From positions 1 to 57,850 of IMG/VR virus record IMGVR_UViG_3300025655_000041: a stretch of 57,850 bases of DNA; one strand, written 5' to 3'. The DNA comes from a virus. Taxonomy: Duplodnaviria; Caudoviricetes. The position numbers and the translations under genes were made by a program. Below the pieces are notes generated by a model that saw only the letters and a program-made list of their open reading frames with translations, did no database searches and had not been told where the DNA came from. This document shows positions 57,469 through 57,850 of this stretch, in pieces (the first letter of the stretch is position 1; each line of letters begins with the position of its first letter).

Positions 57469-57792
57469 ATGTCTTTTCTTTCTTTTGCTTACCGCCCGCT
57501 TCTTTGGGCTTGTGTTCTCTCTGGTCGTGTTGGCTCTGTTCCCGACGGTAACTGGGTTCTTGCTTGGGACTTGTTTGGTGATCGTTGGTCTTCTTTGCCT
57601 TGTATCGACTTTCCTTATGGGCCTGTAACTGTTCGTGGTTTGTCTTTGCGTCAAAGGCTTGCCTTGTGGTCTTTTCTTCTTGATCACTTGCTGCCCAATG
57701 GTTGTTATGAGCTTTCTTGGTCTACCCTTCGCTCGAGCTACCGCTACGCGTTTGAAGCTTTGTTTGTTGCATTGTTTCGCGGTTGGCGTTAA
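57469..57792 (+). CDS. A-depleted, lysine-free first early protein (107 aa)
   Basis: GGAGG RBS plus ATG, then a strong terminator; MSFLSFAYRPLLW...FRGWR. Confidence 0.65.
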   Translation: MSFLSFAYRPLLWACVLSGRVGSVPDGNWVLAWDLFGDRWSSLPCIDFPYGPVTVRGLSLRQRLALWSFLLDHLLPNGCYELSWSTLRSSYRYAFEALFVALFRGWR

Positions 57793-57848
57793 GCTTCCTT
57801 CCACTGGCGTCCGTGTGTTTTCCCTTCACACGGGCGTCTTTTTTTTTT
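57723..57848. repeat. Copy of bases 1-126
   Basis: Direct comparison. Confidence 0.92.
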
Positions 57849-57850
57849 TT

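Larger units (their letters stand above)
57375..57850 (+). other. Adenine-depleted leader region (probable first-entering genome end)
   Basis: No A in 57375-57460; about 34 A in 476 nt by manual count. Confidence 0.85.

Noticed and set aside
57340-57804. Alternative ORFs 57340-57804 (-), 57356-57628 (+) and the upstream start at 57382
   Set aside because: Stop codons are rare in all frames because the + strand lacks A and the - strand lacks T. Only the ATG at 57469 has an RBS and a downstream terminator.
1-57850. tRNA genes, integrase, introns or inteins, alternative genetic code
   Set aside because: No cloverleaf or recombinase motifs seen; PolA, the RNAPs, NrdJ and TerL are uninterrupted; all three stop codons end genes normally.

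Overview
The window is an essentially complete ~57.7 kb lytic podovirus-like phage genome. Bases 1-126 repeat at 57723-57848, so the contig is circular. Gene style and the class II RNR suggest a marine, probably alphaproteobacterial host, but that is inference. The genome has two convergent arms meeting at a bidirectional terminator near 16.5 kb. The + arm runs from 57469 through the contig join to 16498 and carries early ORFs, three gp2.5-like SSB paralogs, nucleotide enzymes, T7-like PolA, exonuclease, primase-helicase and a short (~705 aa) T7-family RNA polymerase. The - arm runs from 57286 to 16552 and carries TerL/TerS, portal, scaffold, capsid, tail and fibre genes, lysis genes, NrdJ and internal virion proteins. 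The most notable signals are: (1) a second, highly divergent single-subunit RNA polymerase (1180 aa) at the end of the internal-virion block, probably virion-packaged; (2) an almost adenine-free leader and lysine-free first gene at the probable first-injected end; (3) three SSB paralogs; (4) a CCC-TTATA-GG promoter motif; (5) repeated structured early leaders; (6) a shared Y-x(2-3)-GG / GP[LIM] motif in late proteins; (7) a PolA whose steric-gate Glu is replaced by Gln. Together these suggest an N4-like two-polymerase, SSB-assisted transcription programme on a T7-like replication chassis. No tRNA, CRISPR array or integrase was seen. All calls come from motif recognition by eye; no searches were run.
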